A DNA stretch of 64,000 nt from Carpediemonas membranifera BICM (taxonomy: Eukaryota; Protista; Fornicata): positions 1-64,000 of the forward strand of contig JAHDYR010000064.1 of the NCBI GenBank assembly GCA_019828565.1, read 5' to 3'. This document shows, one piece after another, positions 12,540 through 23,175 of this stretch. A program made the position numbers and the translations under genes. Below the pieces are notes generated by a model. That model was not told the origin of the DNA. It was given only the letters and a program-made list of their open reading frames with translations, and ran no database searches. The stretch's first letter is position 1, and each line of letters begins with the position of its first letter.

Positions 12540-14630
12540 ATGGAAAGAGAAGAAGCACAAGAAGATCAGCAAGACACCTCCACCCAGTGTATACAGGGGC
12601 TGACGGGCTCGATGAGCCGTCGGTGGATGAGGTGGCAGGCCCTCGGGGCCAGCAGGGAGGTGGTGCAGCTGTTACGAGAGGGAGTGAGGGTCACCCCGGC
12701 AGCACCGGCGCTCAATGCGCACCTCCAGAAGGAGACAGACACGATGAAGGCTCTACTAGAGGAGCTACTGCAACAGAAAGCAATAGAGAAGGGCGAGGCG
12801 ACGACAATATGCCCCCTGTTCACATTAGAGAAGAAGATCGCAGGCAGCTACCGTCTGATACACGACCTGAGACCGGTCAATGCATACCAAGAGGACCTAA
12901 CATTCAGGCTGAAGGGCCTAGCAGAGATACAGCATGGAGTTCCGAGAAACTCGTGGGGAATAACATTGGATATGAAGTCCGGGTACTACCAGCTCCTAGT
13001 GGAGGAGAACTCACGACAGGACCTCGGATTCTCGTTCGAGGGAGAACAATACAGATGTAGAGGACTCCCTTTCGGCCTCTCAACGGCGCCACGGCAGTTT
13101 CAGTCGGTTACGTCACAGATGGCGAAGATCTTGCGCTCACTTCTCGAAGGACTGATAATATACGTGTATCTGGACGATCTGCTCATAATCAGTCGCTCAA
13201 GAGAGTCGTGGAACGCCCAGGTCCCACGGATCTTAGAGATCTTGGACTCACTTGGAGTCGTCCTATCGAGAGAGAAGTGCCACTTGACCCCGTCCCAGAG
13301 GGTAACTTACTTGGGCGTGATAGTCGACTTGCGCGAGATGACGATGTCGCTGCCAGAGGAGAAGAGGGCTCAATACAGCAGACTCATAGCCAACCTGCAA
13401 CTCAAGAGACACACAAAGCGGAACCTTCAGACCCTTCACGGAAAGCTCCTCTTCTGCCGGTTCGCACTGGGGACGCGGGCACTTGTCCGGCTCAGAGAGC
13501 TGCAGGTCAGGATCGCTGGCTGCGACGACCGAGTGCGGTACCCAAAGTCCAGCCTGCCCCAGGACCTACGAACGGATCTGCGGTGGTGGGCCAGACAGCT
13601 ATCATCCGATCCGGCATGGTACTTCGGCCCAAGAGGCCAGGTACTTCGTATGGAGACCGACGCGTCGGACTATGCGTTCGGTGCGACGCTGTTTGTCGAA
13701 GACACGTCCCTCAACATCCAGGGCAGGTTCTCAGAGGCACAATGCTCCAAGAGCATCAACGCGAAGGAGCTATGGGCAATGGAGGAAGGCCTGCGGAGAT
13801 GGACGAGCGACATTCAGGAGAGGGACCTACTCATAGCCGGGGACAACACATCAGCGCTTTCATGGGTCCTGAAGTCAAGCACCAGAGCTCCCCGACACAT
13901 CAGAAGGACGATTGTGGAGCTTCACGACTACTTGTTCGAGATTGGCTGCAGGATAAGAACCAAGCACATTCCAGGGAGATACAACACGACTGCCGACGGG
14001 CTGTCCAGGTACCGGAAGCTGGACTGGAACTCACCCGCGGCGATGCTCCAGAGCGCGCTGGAACGATGGGGGTCAGTAGACCGATCACTCTTCTGCGCGG
14101 AGAGATTCCTGCCGGAGGACCACGACTTCCAGACGGACGCATTTACATGCAATTGGTCAGAGATGAGGTCATTGGCGGTCCCACCAGTCAGCCTACTGGA
14201 CAATGTCATCGCCAGGGCGGAGGAGATCGCCACGTCAGACGAGACGCACCCCGCACTGCAGCAGAGAGGCCTATTAGTCATCGCACCACAACGCAGGACG
14301 AACTCCAATGCCAGACTGGCAGCCATAGCACAGGACTGGTTCGAGGCAGCGTTCCCGATCAGCTGGTGGGCCCACACGGAGATAGAGAGCCTCTTCACAG
14401 GCAAGCAGAGAGCGACGTTCATAGCCTACTGGATCCCGATCGCCACAGAGACCTCGTCCTCACAGCCGGGGGAGTCCTGCAACAGAGAGCGAGAGAACGT
14501 ATCGCCGGCGGAAGACAGGAGGAGCACAGGTGGCGAAGAAGCCCCAGAGAGTTCGAGACAGGCCCCAGAGATCAGATACTCGGAGCAGCACTCATCAGGG
14601 ATCGGGAGCGGAGCACCCGAGAGCGCATAG
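12540..14630 (+). CDS. YR1 reverse transcriptase-RNase H-methyltransferase-like protein
   Basis: LDMKSGYYQ, LPFGLSTAP, YLDD, TDAS, INAKEL, GDNTS, NTTADGLSR, DAFTCNW...AVPP. Confidence 0.93.
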   Translation: MEREEAQEDQQDTSTQCIQGLTGSMSRRWMRWQALGASREVVQLLREGVRVTPAAPALNAHLQKETDTMKALLEELLQQKAIEKGEATTICPLFTLEKKIAGSYRLIHDLRPVNAYQEDLTFRLKGLAEIQHGVPRNSWGITLDMKSGYYQLLVEENSRQDLGFSFEGEQYRCRGLPFGLSTAPRQFQSVTSQMAKILRSLLEGLIIYVYLDDLLIISRSRESWNAQVPRILEILDSLGVVLSREKCHLTPSQRVTYLGVIVDLREMTMSLPEEKRAQYSRLIANLQLKRHTKRNLQTLHGKLLFCRFALGTRALVRLRELQVRIAGCDDRVRYPKSSLPQDLRTDLRWWARQLSSDPAWYFGPRGQVLRMETDASDYAFGATLFVEDTSLNIQGRFSEAQCSKSINAKELWAMEEGLRRWTSDIQERDLLIAGDNTSALSWVLKSSTRAPRHIRRTIVELHDYLFEIGCRIRTKHIPGRYNTTADGLSRYRKLDWNSPAAMLQSALERWGSVDRSLFCAERFLPEDHDFQTDAFTCNWSEMRSLAVPPVSLLDNVIARAEEIATSDETHPALQQRGLLVIAPQRRTNSNARLAAIAQDWFEAAFPISWWAHTEIESLFTGKQRATFIAYWIPIATETSSSQPGESCNRERENVSPAEDRRSTGGEEAPESSRQAPEIRYSEQHSSGIGSGAPESA

Positions 14631-15613
14631 CCGTGGAGACGGCAAAGTACATCAGTTTTGCAGAACGTATGATGGAGGAAGAGGAGGAAGCTGGAGAGAA
14701 CAGAGACACGGTAGGAGCAAGGGCAGCAACAGCCGTTTTCCTGGGCGAGATGGCACAACGCATTAGGGACGCAGACTGGAGAGCAGAAGTCGAAGAGATC
14801 GCACAGATGGCACCTGACGACGACTATCTCCTACACTACATGATACAAGAGATCCCATTCATTGCCAAGGACACATTCCTCGTCAAGGAAGCAAATATCA
14901 GGACTGGCCTAGAGTCGATCAACCATGGTCTGGAGAGCTCACCCATCCACAGGGCTCTGATACGCGCGTGTGCAAGAATGGCCGGCAAATGCGAGCTGAC
15001 TGTGGGTCGTAAGACCGGAAAGGCATACCCGGTGACAGTCGAGCAGCTGAAGAGAGCAGCAGCCGCGGCGCGCAAGACCAAGTCACCGGCGCTCACGCAG
15101 GCAGTAGCCTTCGGACTGACGTGCTTCTCCACCGTCAGCAGATCAGGGGAGATAATGAGCTTACTCACGGCCGACGTTCGGCGGGTGAGAGAGGGCTACG
15201 AGATCACTATTCGAAGATCCAAGACCAGGGATGAGCCCATGGTGAAGCTGGTCCCACTACTAGCAGCAGGAGGCTTAAGCCCAGCCAGGTGGCTGAGAGC
15301 TCACCTCAACGACATCCAGACGGAAGGACCCCTGTGGAGATCCATACAGCACACCGAGAGCCTGCTGAGAGACAACTGCCTTCCACTGACAGCAACAAGG
15401 TGGCGCAGATGGGAGATGATCATGGACGTCAACGAGGTCTTCAAGGCAACAGGACACAGCTTCAGACGTGGAGCCGTCGTCCACATGATCGATGAAGGGC
15501 GTTCCCCATTGGTTATTCAGGCACTAGGAGGCTGGAAGTCGATCGATTCGGTGAATAGATACTGTGAAGAGGCCATTCGAATCTCACAGCATGCTCTACA
15601 GAGAAGAACATAG
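13208..15613 (+). CDS. YR1 tyrosine recombinase (true start uncertain; conserved part from ~14400)
   Basis: SRSGE, RSKT, GHSFRRG, LGGW, NRY catalytic residues. Confidence 0.9.
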   Translation: MERPGPTDLRDLGLTWSRPIEREVPLDPVPEGNLLGRDSRLARDDDVAARGEEGSIQQTHSQPATQETHKAEPSDPSRKAPLLPVRTGDAGTCPAQRAAGQDRWLRRPSAVPKVQPAPGPTNGSAVVGQTAIIRSGMVLRPKRPGTSYGDRRVGLCVRCDAVCRRHVPQHPGQVLRGTMLQEHQREGAMGNGGRPAEMDERHSGEGPTHSRGQHISAFMGPEVKHQSSPTHQKDDCGASRLLVRDWLQDKNQAHSREIQHDCRRAVQVPEAGLELTRGDAPERAGTMGVSRPITLLRGEIPAGGPRLPDGRIYMQLVRDEVIGGPTSQPTGQCHRQGGGDRHVRRDAPRTAAERPISHRTTTQDELQCQTGSHSTGLVRGSVPDQLVGPHGDREPLHRQAESDVHSLLDPDRHRDLVLTAGGVLQQRARERIAGGRQEEHRWRRSPREFETGPRDQILGAALIRDRERSTRERIAVETAKYISFAERMMEEEEEAGENRDTVGARAATAVFLGEMAQRIRDADWRAEVEEIAQMAPDDDYLLHYMIQEIPFIAKDTFLVKEANIRTGLESINHGLESSPIHRALIRACARMAGKCELTVGRKTGKAYPVTVEQLKRAAAAARKTKSPALTQAVAFGLTCFSTVSRSGEIMSLLTADVRRVREGYEITIRRSKTRDEPMVKLVPLLAAGGLSPARWLRAHLNDIQTEGPLWRSIQHTESLLRDNCLPLTATRWRRWEMIMDVNEVFKATGHSFRRGAVVHMIDEGRSPLVIQALGGWKSIDSVNRYCEEAIRISQHALQRRT

Positions 15614-15816
15614 AAATATAGGACATAAGAGAGCATTGTAGCGATAAAGGGAGATGAAACGGAACGAGGGGAGAAGAAACAGGCAAGAGCTAGAGAAATG
15701 GATGTTTCTCGGATTCGGAACAGGAATTACATATGCCACGTATAACCGGCACAGAAGGTCATAAGTGCAGTAGAGGAAGGCCCAGGGTACCATCGCAAGG
15801 TTAGATGGCGGGATGC

Positions 15817-16162
15817 ATCAATTTGGAATAGTCGATTATCGTCGACCAAATGGTCGGCATATCATCGATATGTAAGCTATCACGCCTCGGGCGTGGCTCA
15901 CGCCCTGACACTGCTGGGTCAGGGTGTGTCAGAACAGGATTCCGGAGACACGAGAAAGATGGACAGAATATTTAGAAAATCTCGAAAGATATGATTGTGG
16001 ATACGGTCTTGATCCGTCCCGATCGCGAGCAGATCGTATCCCTCCAGCAGAAACCGTGAGGATGGCCGAAGGCGACGCGGATGACGGGCCAAGGCCGCCA
16101 AACGGAATATAAATTTGATCTAATCAATTTGGAATAGTCGATTATCGTCGACCAAATGGTCG
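15817..16162 (+). repeat. YR1 3' split direct repeats (B1 15817-15856, presumed A2, B2 16123-16162)
   Basis: Identical 40-mer ATCAATTTGGAATAGTCGATTATCGTCGACCAAATGGTCG twice; same layout as the YR2 3' end. Confidence 0.85.
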
Positions 16163-16176
16163 TGCATACCGTCGTC

Positions 16177-16465
16177 ATATGATGGCGGGATACATCAATT
16201 GGAGACTTCGACCGTAGTCGACTGCAAGTCGGCATACCGTCGTAGACGCGATGCGTAAGTACGCCTCGGGGCGTGGTACAGGCCCAGATGGACTACCGGC
16301 CATCTGGTACAAATATTCGAGAGAGATCGAATATTGACCAAATATTCGAATCAAATCTACGGTCCAGTTCAGACCAATTTTACCAAGGGGTTAAAACCCC
16401 ATTCCCCGGTAGTTCCGAGAAGATGGGCGACGCACAGCCCCCCGTGACACTGGAGAGCCTGGAGG
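16177..16465 (+). repeat. 289-bp direct repeat, copy 1 (B+A junction of YR2)
   Basis: Matches 20501-20789. Confidence 0.95.
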
Positions 16466-16941
16466 CCCTGGTGCGGTCACAGGCTGCTACAATAGCATCA
16501 CTGAGCGAGAATCTTGACGATGTCCGCACGAATGCTGAGGATGTACGCAAACCCACCAAAATCCCAGCAGTGCTCAAAGAATTCCAACACCTGCGCGCCC
16601 TACACGGAGAAATCAAGTCAATCCTGGCTGACCCCAGCAAGGAGACGATTGCTGACATAACCACAGCCATTAATCTTGCCGTTGAAAAGCGCCTCGAGTT
16701 CCTCCGAGTCCTCGACTCTGCCAACGAAGAAGCGGCCGCCTACTTTATCGTCACCGCCGAGGACATATCCAACGTCAAGGACCTCGTCAAGGTCGCCGCC
16801 AAGGCCAAGAAGGCCATCCCTGCCACGCGGGCTCACACATCACACCGGTTCGCCAAGCGTCCCTTCCGAAACCACGGATACAACAACCACAGATTCCAGA
16901 AAGCCTCGGGCAACCGCAATGCGGCCCCGGGGCAGCAGTAG
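16422..16941 (+). CDS. YR2 gag-like ORF1
   Basis: Helical/coiled-coil protein with basic C-terminus, first ORF of the element; ATG at 16422 lies inside repeat A. Confidence 0.75.
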
Positions 16942-17009
16942 TTGCCCAAGTGAGGTTATGCCATCCTCAGATATAAAAGGCACCGTCTACGTTTTGAATA
17001 CAGAGAAGA

Positions 17010-19014
17010 ATGTCACAAGAGCAAGCAAGAAGCGAAACAAGCCAGGACACATGGCACCTATTGTCCGACGCTCAGCCCGTCTCTGGTCCAGGTCAACGGA
17101 CACACGTGGTTGGCTCAATGAGTCGAGCGTGGAAAGAGTGGGAGGCCATGGGGGCCAGCACGAGTGTCGTGGACTTACTCCGGCAGGGAGTCCCAGTACA
17201 GGACGGGCAGACGACGAACTCGTCGCCCAACGGGTCACAGGGCCCGATCACAGACACAATCAACGAGCTAATGGAGCTGCAAGCAGTGGAGCAGTGTGCA
17301 CCGACAGAGGTAGCGCAAGTCTGCCCAATCTTCATGACGCTGAAGAAGAACCACATAGACTGGCGCCTCATCCACGACCTGAGGCCGGTGAACTGGTACC
17401 AGACAACCAGGCGATTCCGACTGAAGGGATTGACCGAGATAGCGAATGCACTGACCAAGGGGGCGTGGCTCGCCAGCGTGGACCTGAAGAGCGGATATTA
17501 CCAAGTCCTGGTCGAACAGACGGGTCGGAAATGGCTAGGCTTCCAGCACGAAGGGAACACGTACCGCTGGAACGCGCTTCCTTTCGGCCTCAACACGGCC
17601 CCGGAAGCATTTCAATCGATCACGGCGCAGGCGGCGAAGATCATCCGCCGAGAGCTCTCTCACAGTGTTCGTCTACCTAGACGACCTGTTGTTCGCCGAC
17701 CCATCACAGCAAGAGCTAGCACGAAAGATGCCCGAAGTCCTGAAGATAATGGAGCGGCTAGGAATGATAATCTCGAGAAACAAGTGCGTTCTTACACCGA
17801 CACGACGAATCGAGTACCTGGGAATAGTTATCGATACGCGCAAGAACACAATGTCTCTTCCGAACGACAAGCGCGTGGAGCTGAGAATAATGATCGATCA
17901 GGTGCTCAAAGAACGAAGAACAACGAAGATAGAACTCCAGCGACTCATTGGCAAACTCCTTTTCGCCAGATTCGCAGTAGGAGCAAGAACGCTTCCTCGA
18001 CTGAGAGAACTCCAGTTAATGGTGACTGCGCCGAGTCAGCGATTTACGAGAGCCTCCATGCCCCGAGACGCCCGCACAGACCTCAGATGGTGGGCGCGTG
18101 TGATCGCGACAGACCCGCAGTACGCAATGCAGGGGTCACCGCGACCGGAGATCAGGGTCGAGACAGACGCCTCGGACGTAGCTTACGGCGCGACAATATG
18201 GACAGACAGCGAGAGGATGGAGATCCAGGGCCGGTTCAAGCAGTCATTCATACACAAGTCGATCAACTGCAAAGAGACGAGGGCCATAACCACGGCGCTG
18301 CGACACTGGGCACATGTGATCCGAGACAGAGATGTCCTGATCGCGGGAGACAACACCTCGTCACTCGCGTGGGTTGCGAAGAGTTCGACGAAGGCCCCAG
18401 CCCACATTCGCCGGGAGATCGCCGACCTACACGACTTCCTGCATACCAACGGTTGCCGCTTGAGAGTCAAACATATCGCAGGTGTATTCAACACAACGGC
18501 CGATGCTCTGTCGAGGTACAAGAAGCTCGATTGGGCCATGCCAGCAGCCCTGCTGGCAGCTGCGATAGAGAGGTGGGGAGCAGTGGACCGAGCGCTGTTC
18601 GCGGCCGAAAGGTTCTTACCCCAGGACTACGACTACTGCAGAGACGCGTTCACAGCGAACTGGACAGAGTGCCGGTCAGTGGCGGTCCCCCCGGTGGCCA
18701 TGCTCGACCGAGTGGCCGAACGACTGGAGGCAATCGTAGACCAACGAGAAGAGAGACATCCCAGTCAACAACAGTCAGGAATCCTAGTTATCGCCCCAGT
18801 CAGGCAGACGAACATCGACTTGCGCCTTATCCGAGTCGCACAGGAGACAGTCAACGCATCGCTACCAGCCCACTGGTGGGCAGACACGGAGTTGGCGGTA
18901 CTGTTCGAGGGCAAGACACACATTCCCTTCAGGGCGTACTGGGTCCCGGTGATGACGTCAGCCTCGGAATCTTCCTATCAGCATCAGCAGTGCAAGCGCG
19001 ACACCGAGCACTAA
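17010..19014 (+). CDS. YR2 RT-RNase H-methyltransferase-like protein (frameshift at ~17660 in a CT repeat)
   Basis: VDLKSGYYQ, LPFGLNTAP, then YLDD, TDAS, GDNTS, ADALSR, DAFTANW..AVPP in the 17665-19014 frame. Confidence 0.9.
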
Positions 19015-20154
19015 GAGCCGCAGGCGTGACACCCGACAGAACCAGAACGCAGATAATATGGTCCCGGGCTAGCCGTCCTAAGAACGAGGACGTCGAGAGA
19101 AAGGTCGCGTCCAGCCCGCTCCTGCTCCGCCTCGAGAAGGTGACGCGTGATCGAATTGCAACAGAGACCGCAAAGTTCACATTCTTCCGCAACATGACCA
19201 GAGAACCAGATGACTCGGACTTCGAGGCCTACCTCGGACAAAATGACGACCCGGCACCAACCCCACGGGAAGCTGCATGGGAGATCGTACGACAAGCCCA
19301 CGAGAAAATCCATGACCAGAAGTGGGTGCAAGAGTTCGAGGAGGTGGCAATCGCGGGGGATGATGACGACACACTGCTATGGTTCATTATAGGGGAGGTG
19401 CCCTTCCTCGCCAAAGACTCACTGCTAACGAAGGAGGCAAACATCAGAGATGGAATGACCGCATTGGGCGAACCCATAGAATGCCCACCACTCCACCGGG
19501 CCCTGATCAAGGCTTGTGGCAGATTGGCTGGAAGGTGCCCAACGTCAAGCCAGCGTCGAACAGGGAAAGAATGGCCAATAGCCAGGGAGACCCTGTCACA
19601 GGCCGCGGTGCAAGCAGGCAAGAGCGCCACACCAGCATTGACTCAAGCAATAGCTTTCGGGCTGGTCGGGTTCGCGACAATATCTCGGTCGGGGGGAGAT
19701 ACGGGGGCTCTCAACATCAGACGTCGAACGACACGGCAGGGACATCACCATCACCATACGACGCTCCAAGACATCGGATGAACCCATGCTAAAGCTGGTC
19801 CCTAACGTCCCCGGAGACGACAACCCGGCAGACTGGCTTGCGAGACATATGGAAAACCTCCCAGATGAAGGACCCCTGTGGCGCTCATTCGAGGCCAGGG
19901 ACGCGCTGATCAAGGACAACAGGTCCTCCCTGATGAACAGAGACCACCCTTGGAGAAGATGGGAGATGTCCATGGACCTAGAGGAGGTGCTGCGCGCGTC
20001 GGGCCACTCATTCCGGAGAGGAGGCGCAGTCCACATGATGAAGCTAGGTGTAGCCCCAGCAGTGATCCAAGCAATCGGGGGCTGGAAACAGCTCGACTCG
20101 ATGCAGACCTACGTCAGTGAAGCCGTGCGCCTCTCCACGAGCGCTTGGGTGTAG
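18900..20154 (+). CDS. YR2 tyrosine recombinase (frameshift in G run ~19695; start approximate)
   Basis: ISRSG, RSKT, GHSFRRG, IGGW, QTY; homologous to the YR1 recombinase. Confidence 0.88.
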
Positions 20155-20500
20155 AAGGACGAGAAAGACGGATAATACATAGAATATGATTGCATAAGGC
20201 CCCATTAGACTGTACAATAGGCCATGTAAGAGTTAAAGATATGATAGAGAGCAGAAGAGAAGGCGGGAGAAAGGAGAAACCGCAGCAGATTGTCACTAAT
20301 GGTTAATAAGATCGATATATCGAAGACTATCGAAGAATTGGCCGGAGAGAGTGAGAAAATGCCGGCGAATGGAAATGGCCAAAACCGCGCACAAAGAATG
20401 ACTCAGGCTGTGAAAATATGTGCCTGAGAGATGGGCATCAATGGCATGCTTGGAGGCACAGGAGACCAGAGAAATAATTTCTGAAGAGAAAATTTTTATT

Positions 20501-20789
20501 ATATGATGGCGGGATACATCAATTGGAGACTTCGACCGTAGTCGACTGCAAGTCGGCATACCGTCGTAGACGCGATGCGTAAGTACGCCTCGGGGCGTGG
20601 TACAGGCCCAGATGGACTACCGGCCATCTGGTACAAATATTCGAGAGAGATCGAATATTGACCAAATATTCGAATCAAATCTACGGTCCAGTTCAGACCA
20701 ATTTTACCAAGGGGTTAAAACCCCATTCCCCGGTAGTTCCGAGAAGATGGGCGACGCACAGCCCCCCGTGACACTGGAGAGCCTGGAGG
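20501..20789 (+). repeat. 289-bp direct repeat, copy 2
   Basis: Matches 16177-16465. Confidence 0.95.
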
Positions 20790-21076
20790 TCAGAGCATGT
20801 TTCCCATCAATCTCGGGTATAAATTTGATCTAATCAAATTGGAGACTTCGACCGTAGTCGACTGCAAGTCGTAATCATCTGAAAGAACGTTCTTACCGCG
20901 CGCAGAGGGTCAGCAGGTGGGGGTCCCTAGCAGAGCTCGTGGGTTATGTAGTCGGAGTCGTAAGCCTCGGCGGGGTCGCTTTCGGGAAATCGAAATTTTG
21001 CACATGTGCAAAAATCTCGGATGTCTCGACTGGCTCGACTACGACGCCTCTCTCACACGCGAAGGGCACACCACAG

Positions 21077-21302
21077 TTAGAGCTGTGCCACGCGGCACTG
21101 CTCGCGGTAGTCACGGATGACCGCCGCGTTCCCAGCCCACACAGCCAAGACGACCCGACTGCGCAGGTCCCGACGGACCTCCGCGCTCAGACCGAGCCTC
21201 TCGCACAGACGCCACACCCAGCACGACTTGCGGTCCTCGGGGTCAGCTCTCGTGTTGCCAACGAGGTTACAGCTGGCCGCGATGAGCTCGCAGTCGAACC
21301 TC
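21077..21302 (-). pseudogene. C-terminus of CRE-like restriction-like endonuclease ORF (continuation of 27614-28377)
   Basis: Removing Gypsy G1 and one CCTC copy restores ...DKAAQYS|RFDCELIAASCNLVGN...QCRVAQL*. Confidence 0.8.
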
Positions 21303-21426
21303 TGTAGCCTTATGGCTAGGGAAAGATTGTTTTATATAAGAAAACCCATGATGTGGTGAATATGGTTAATACTATATAAATCTATGAAATGGTAATCCTA
21401 TGTAACATTGGATAAGACCCACTGCA
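21303..21426 (-). repeat. G1 3' LTR; PPT GGAGGGGCAG at 21427-21436
   Basis: Direct repeat of 27490-27613. Confidence 0.9.
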
Positions 21427-22233
21427 CTGCCCCTCCAGTGCCCGTAAGGCACGACCTCAAGCAACGCATATATATGGTCGGCAATAGCCGATGAGGATTA
21501 GTGAAGTGACAACCGCTTCGAACGTACGAGAGCCACCAAGTACGATCGCAACAGTCTACTCTATTGGCGGTAGAGTAGGCTATGTCTGCCCTTCAGGCCT
21601 TGATCTACGATCTTAGCCAGTATTATGTAAAGATATGGTTGATACTATTATTCGAATCTGTATCTATAAAAATCTTGTGGTACCACTGTATAAACGCGCG
21701 CGCTAAGTTAGGTATAGGGTATCTTACATGTCCCTGCCCCTCCACGGCCGGAATACGGCCGTGATTGTGGCGGTTTGGTTCGGCTGTGCATTTTATGGCA
21801 CAATGAACCGCGGTTTCGAAAGTTTCACTGTACGCGGTATGCCAAGCGCTAGCCAGCGTATAGTTGTCAAAAATGGGGTTTTCAGCCCTCAACGACGCTT
21901 CGTTGGCGAGTTCTCGACGTTTTTTCTTTTCGGTGCCGAATGAAGGTGCTGCTCTGCGCTACGTGTGTCCTTCATGAATAACAACATCAATACTTAGTAA
22001 AAGCCTTCGTTGCTGCACTGTTTGTGGGATATTGAGGAGTATCTTCACGATTCTCCTCAAGGCTTCATGAGCGTCATCGAATCGACCTCCTGCGCCCAGG
22101 CTCCGGTCATGATCATGGCTGCTATGGTCTGCGGGTTAGTCAGCTAGGTTGCAGTAGTTCCCATAAAGTACGATAATTACGTCAATGCATGTAAATGCTG
22201 CTTTGAAGGATTTCAAAGCAGCCGTTTGAGGAT

Positions 22234-23175
22234 ATGGAGAATTATACCGCCGCAATGAAGGCTATAATCGAGGAACTAAGCGATGACGATGACATTGCCG
22301 CCCTCAATCGCGTCTTCCGCCACGTTATTCGCAAGCGTGCTCGTCGACGCGTTGGATCTACCGCCAACTCCGACAACACGACTAATCAGTCCTCCATTGA
22401 TGCTTCAACAACCGCTACGGGCTCAACAGTCAACGATCAGGAGCGCCAGCCCGATTCCAGCGTGGTTCCGGCAACCGCCGTCGGCGATTCGCGTCCGTCT
22501 CGCCGTGCTAGAGGCAAGCGCCGTATCGGCGTCCGTGATCGAGTTCTCCCGCCGGCAGTCACGGGCGCGGACGTGGTGTTCGAGCCTCCCCGCATTGATC
22601 GCGCCACACGGCTGCGGGGTGGGCTCGATCACGTCATCTCGACGGTCACGGCGACGTTATCGACATTCTCATCGCATCTAGAGCTGTCAGTGCAGCCGTT
22701 CCTCGATGTTTTGATGAGCGGTGCGCTTAACCAGGCATCGCTGACCTCCGTTCAGCGCCTCGACGGTGGCGTCATCGCTCTGTCTGGGGCAGTCGATGAC
22801 TACTATCTGCTTGTCGGCTTCCGCAAGTACTTCGATCTTGGCTCCGGTGTCAGCGACCGGGAGATCATGAACCAGGTATTCAACGGTCGCCGTGCCGGCG
22901 ATATCCGCCGGGAGGTCCTGGATGAGGCGGCACGCCTTCTTGCCGTTGGGGTCGACACGGCACGTAGCCACGTCCGCCGGCTCTATCTTCTTACGCATCA
23001 TGTTCCGTATTATGCAGTGCTACAGCACGCGATCTGGAGCCGGGTGCTGCAGGGCCGGCAGTGCCTGTATCGATTTGCCAATGACTGCTACGCCCTTGCC
23101 TGCGCCGAGGAGCTGCCGACCCTCAGCCTCCCCCCCGGTAGGTACCCCGGTTTCTTCGTCTTACACAGGATATGA
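22234..23175 (+). CDS. G1 antisense accessory protein 1, 313 aa, unknown function
   Basis: Long uninterrupted ATG ORF between pol and the 3' LTR; basic clusters RKRARRR and RRARGKRR; globular-looking C-terminal half. Confidence 0.7.
   Translation: MENYTAAMKAIIEELSDDDDIAALNRVFRHVIRKRARRRVGSTANSDNTTNQSSIDASTTATGSTVNDQERQPDSSVVPATAVGDSRPSRRARGKRRIGVRDRVLPPAVTGADVVFEPPRIDRATRLRGGLDHVISTVTATLSTFSSHLELSVQPFLDVLMSGALNQASLTSVQRLDGGVIALSGAVDDYYLLVGFRKYFDLGSGVSDREIMNQVFNGRRAGDIRREVLDEAARLLAVGVDTARSHVRRLYLLTHHVPYYAVLQHAIWSRVLQGRQCLYRFANDCYALACAEELPTLSLPPGRYPGFFVLHRI

Larger units (their letters stand above)
12399..16162 (+). mobile_element. Tyrosine-recombinase retrotransposon YR1 (DIRS/PAT-like); 5' part cut at the family A junction in gag
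   Basis: RT-RNaseH-MT ORF, overlapping YR ORF, 40-bp B repeats at 15817-15856 and 16123-16162; 12399-12510 resembles the 3' end of YR2 gag. Confidence 0.9.
16164..20871 (+). mobile_element. Full-length tyrosine-recombinase retrotransposon YR2 with split direct repeats (PAT-like)
   Basis: A1 16232-16465 = A2 20556-20789; B1 20521-20555 = B2 20837-20871; gag, RT-RH-MT and YR ORFs. Confidence 0.92.

Noticed and set aside
15800-16260. CRISPR-like short palindromic repeats
   Set aside because: Few copies, no regular unique spacers, no cas genes; explained by YR split direct repeats.
17010-19781. 923-aa RT-recombinase fusion ORF
   Set aside because: It arises from an indel in a CT repeat just before YLDD; YR1 shows the normal separate frames.
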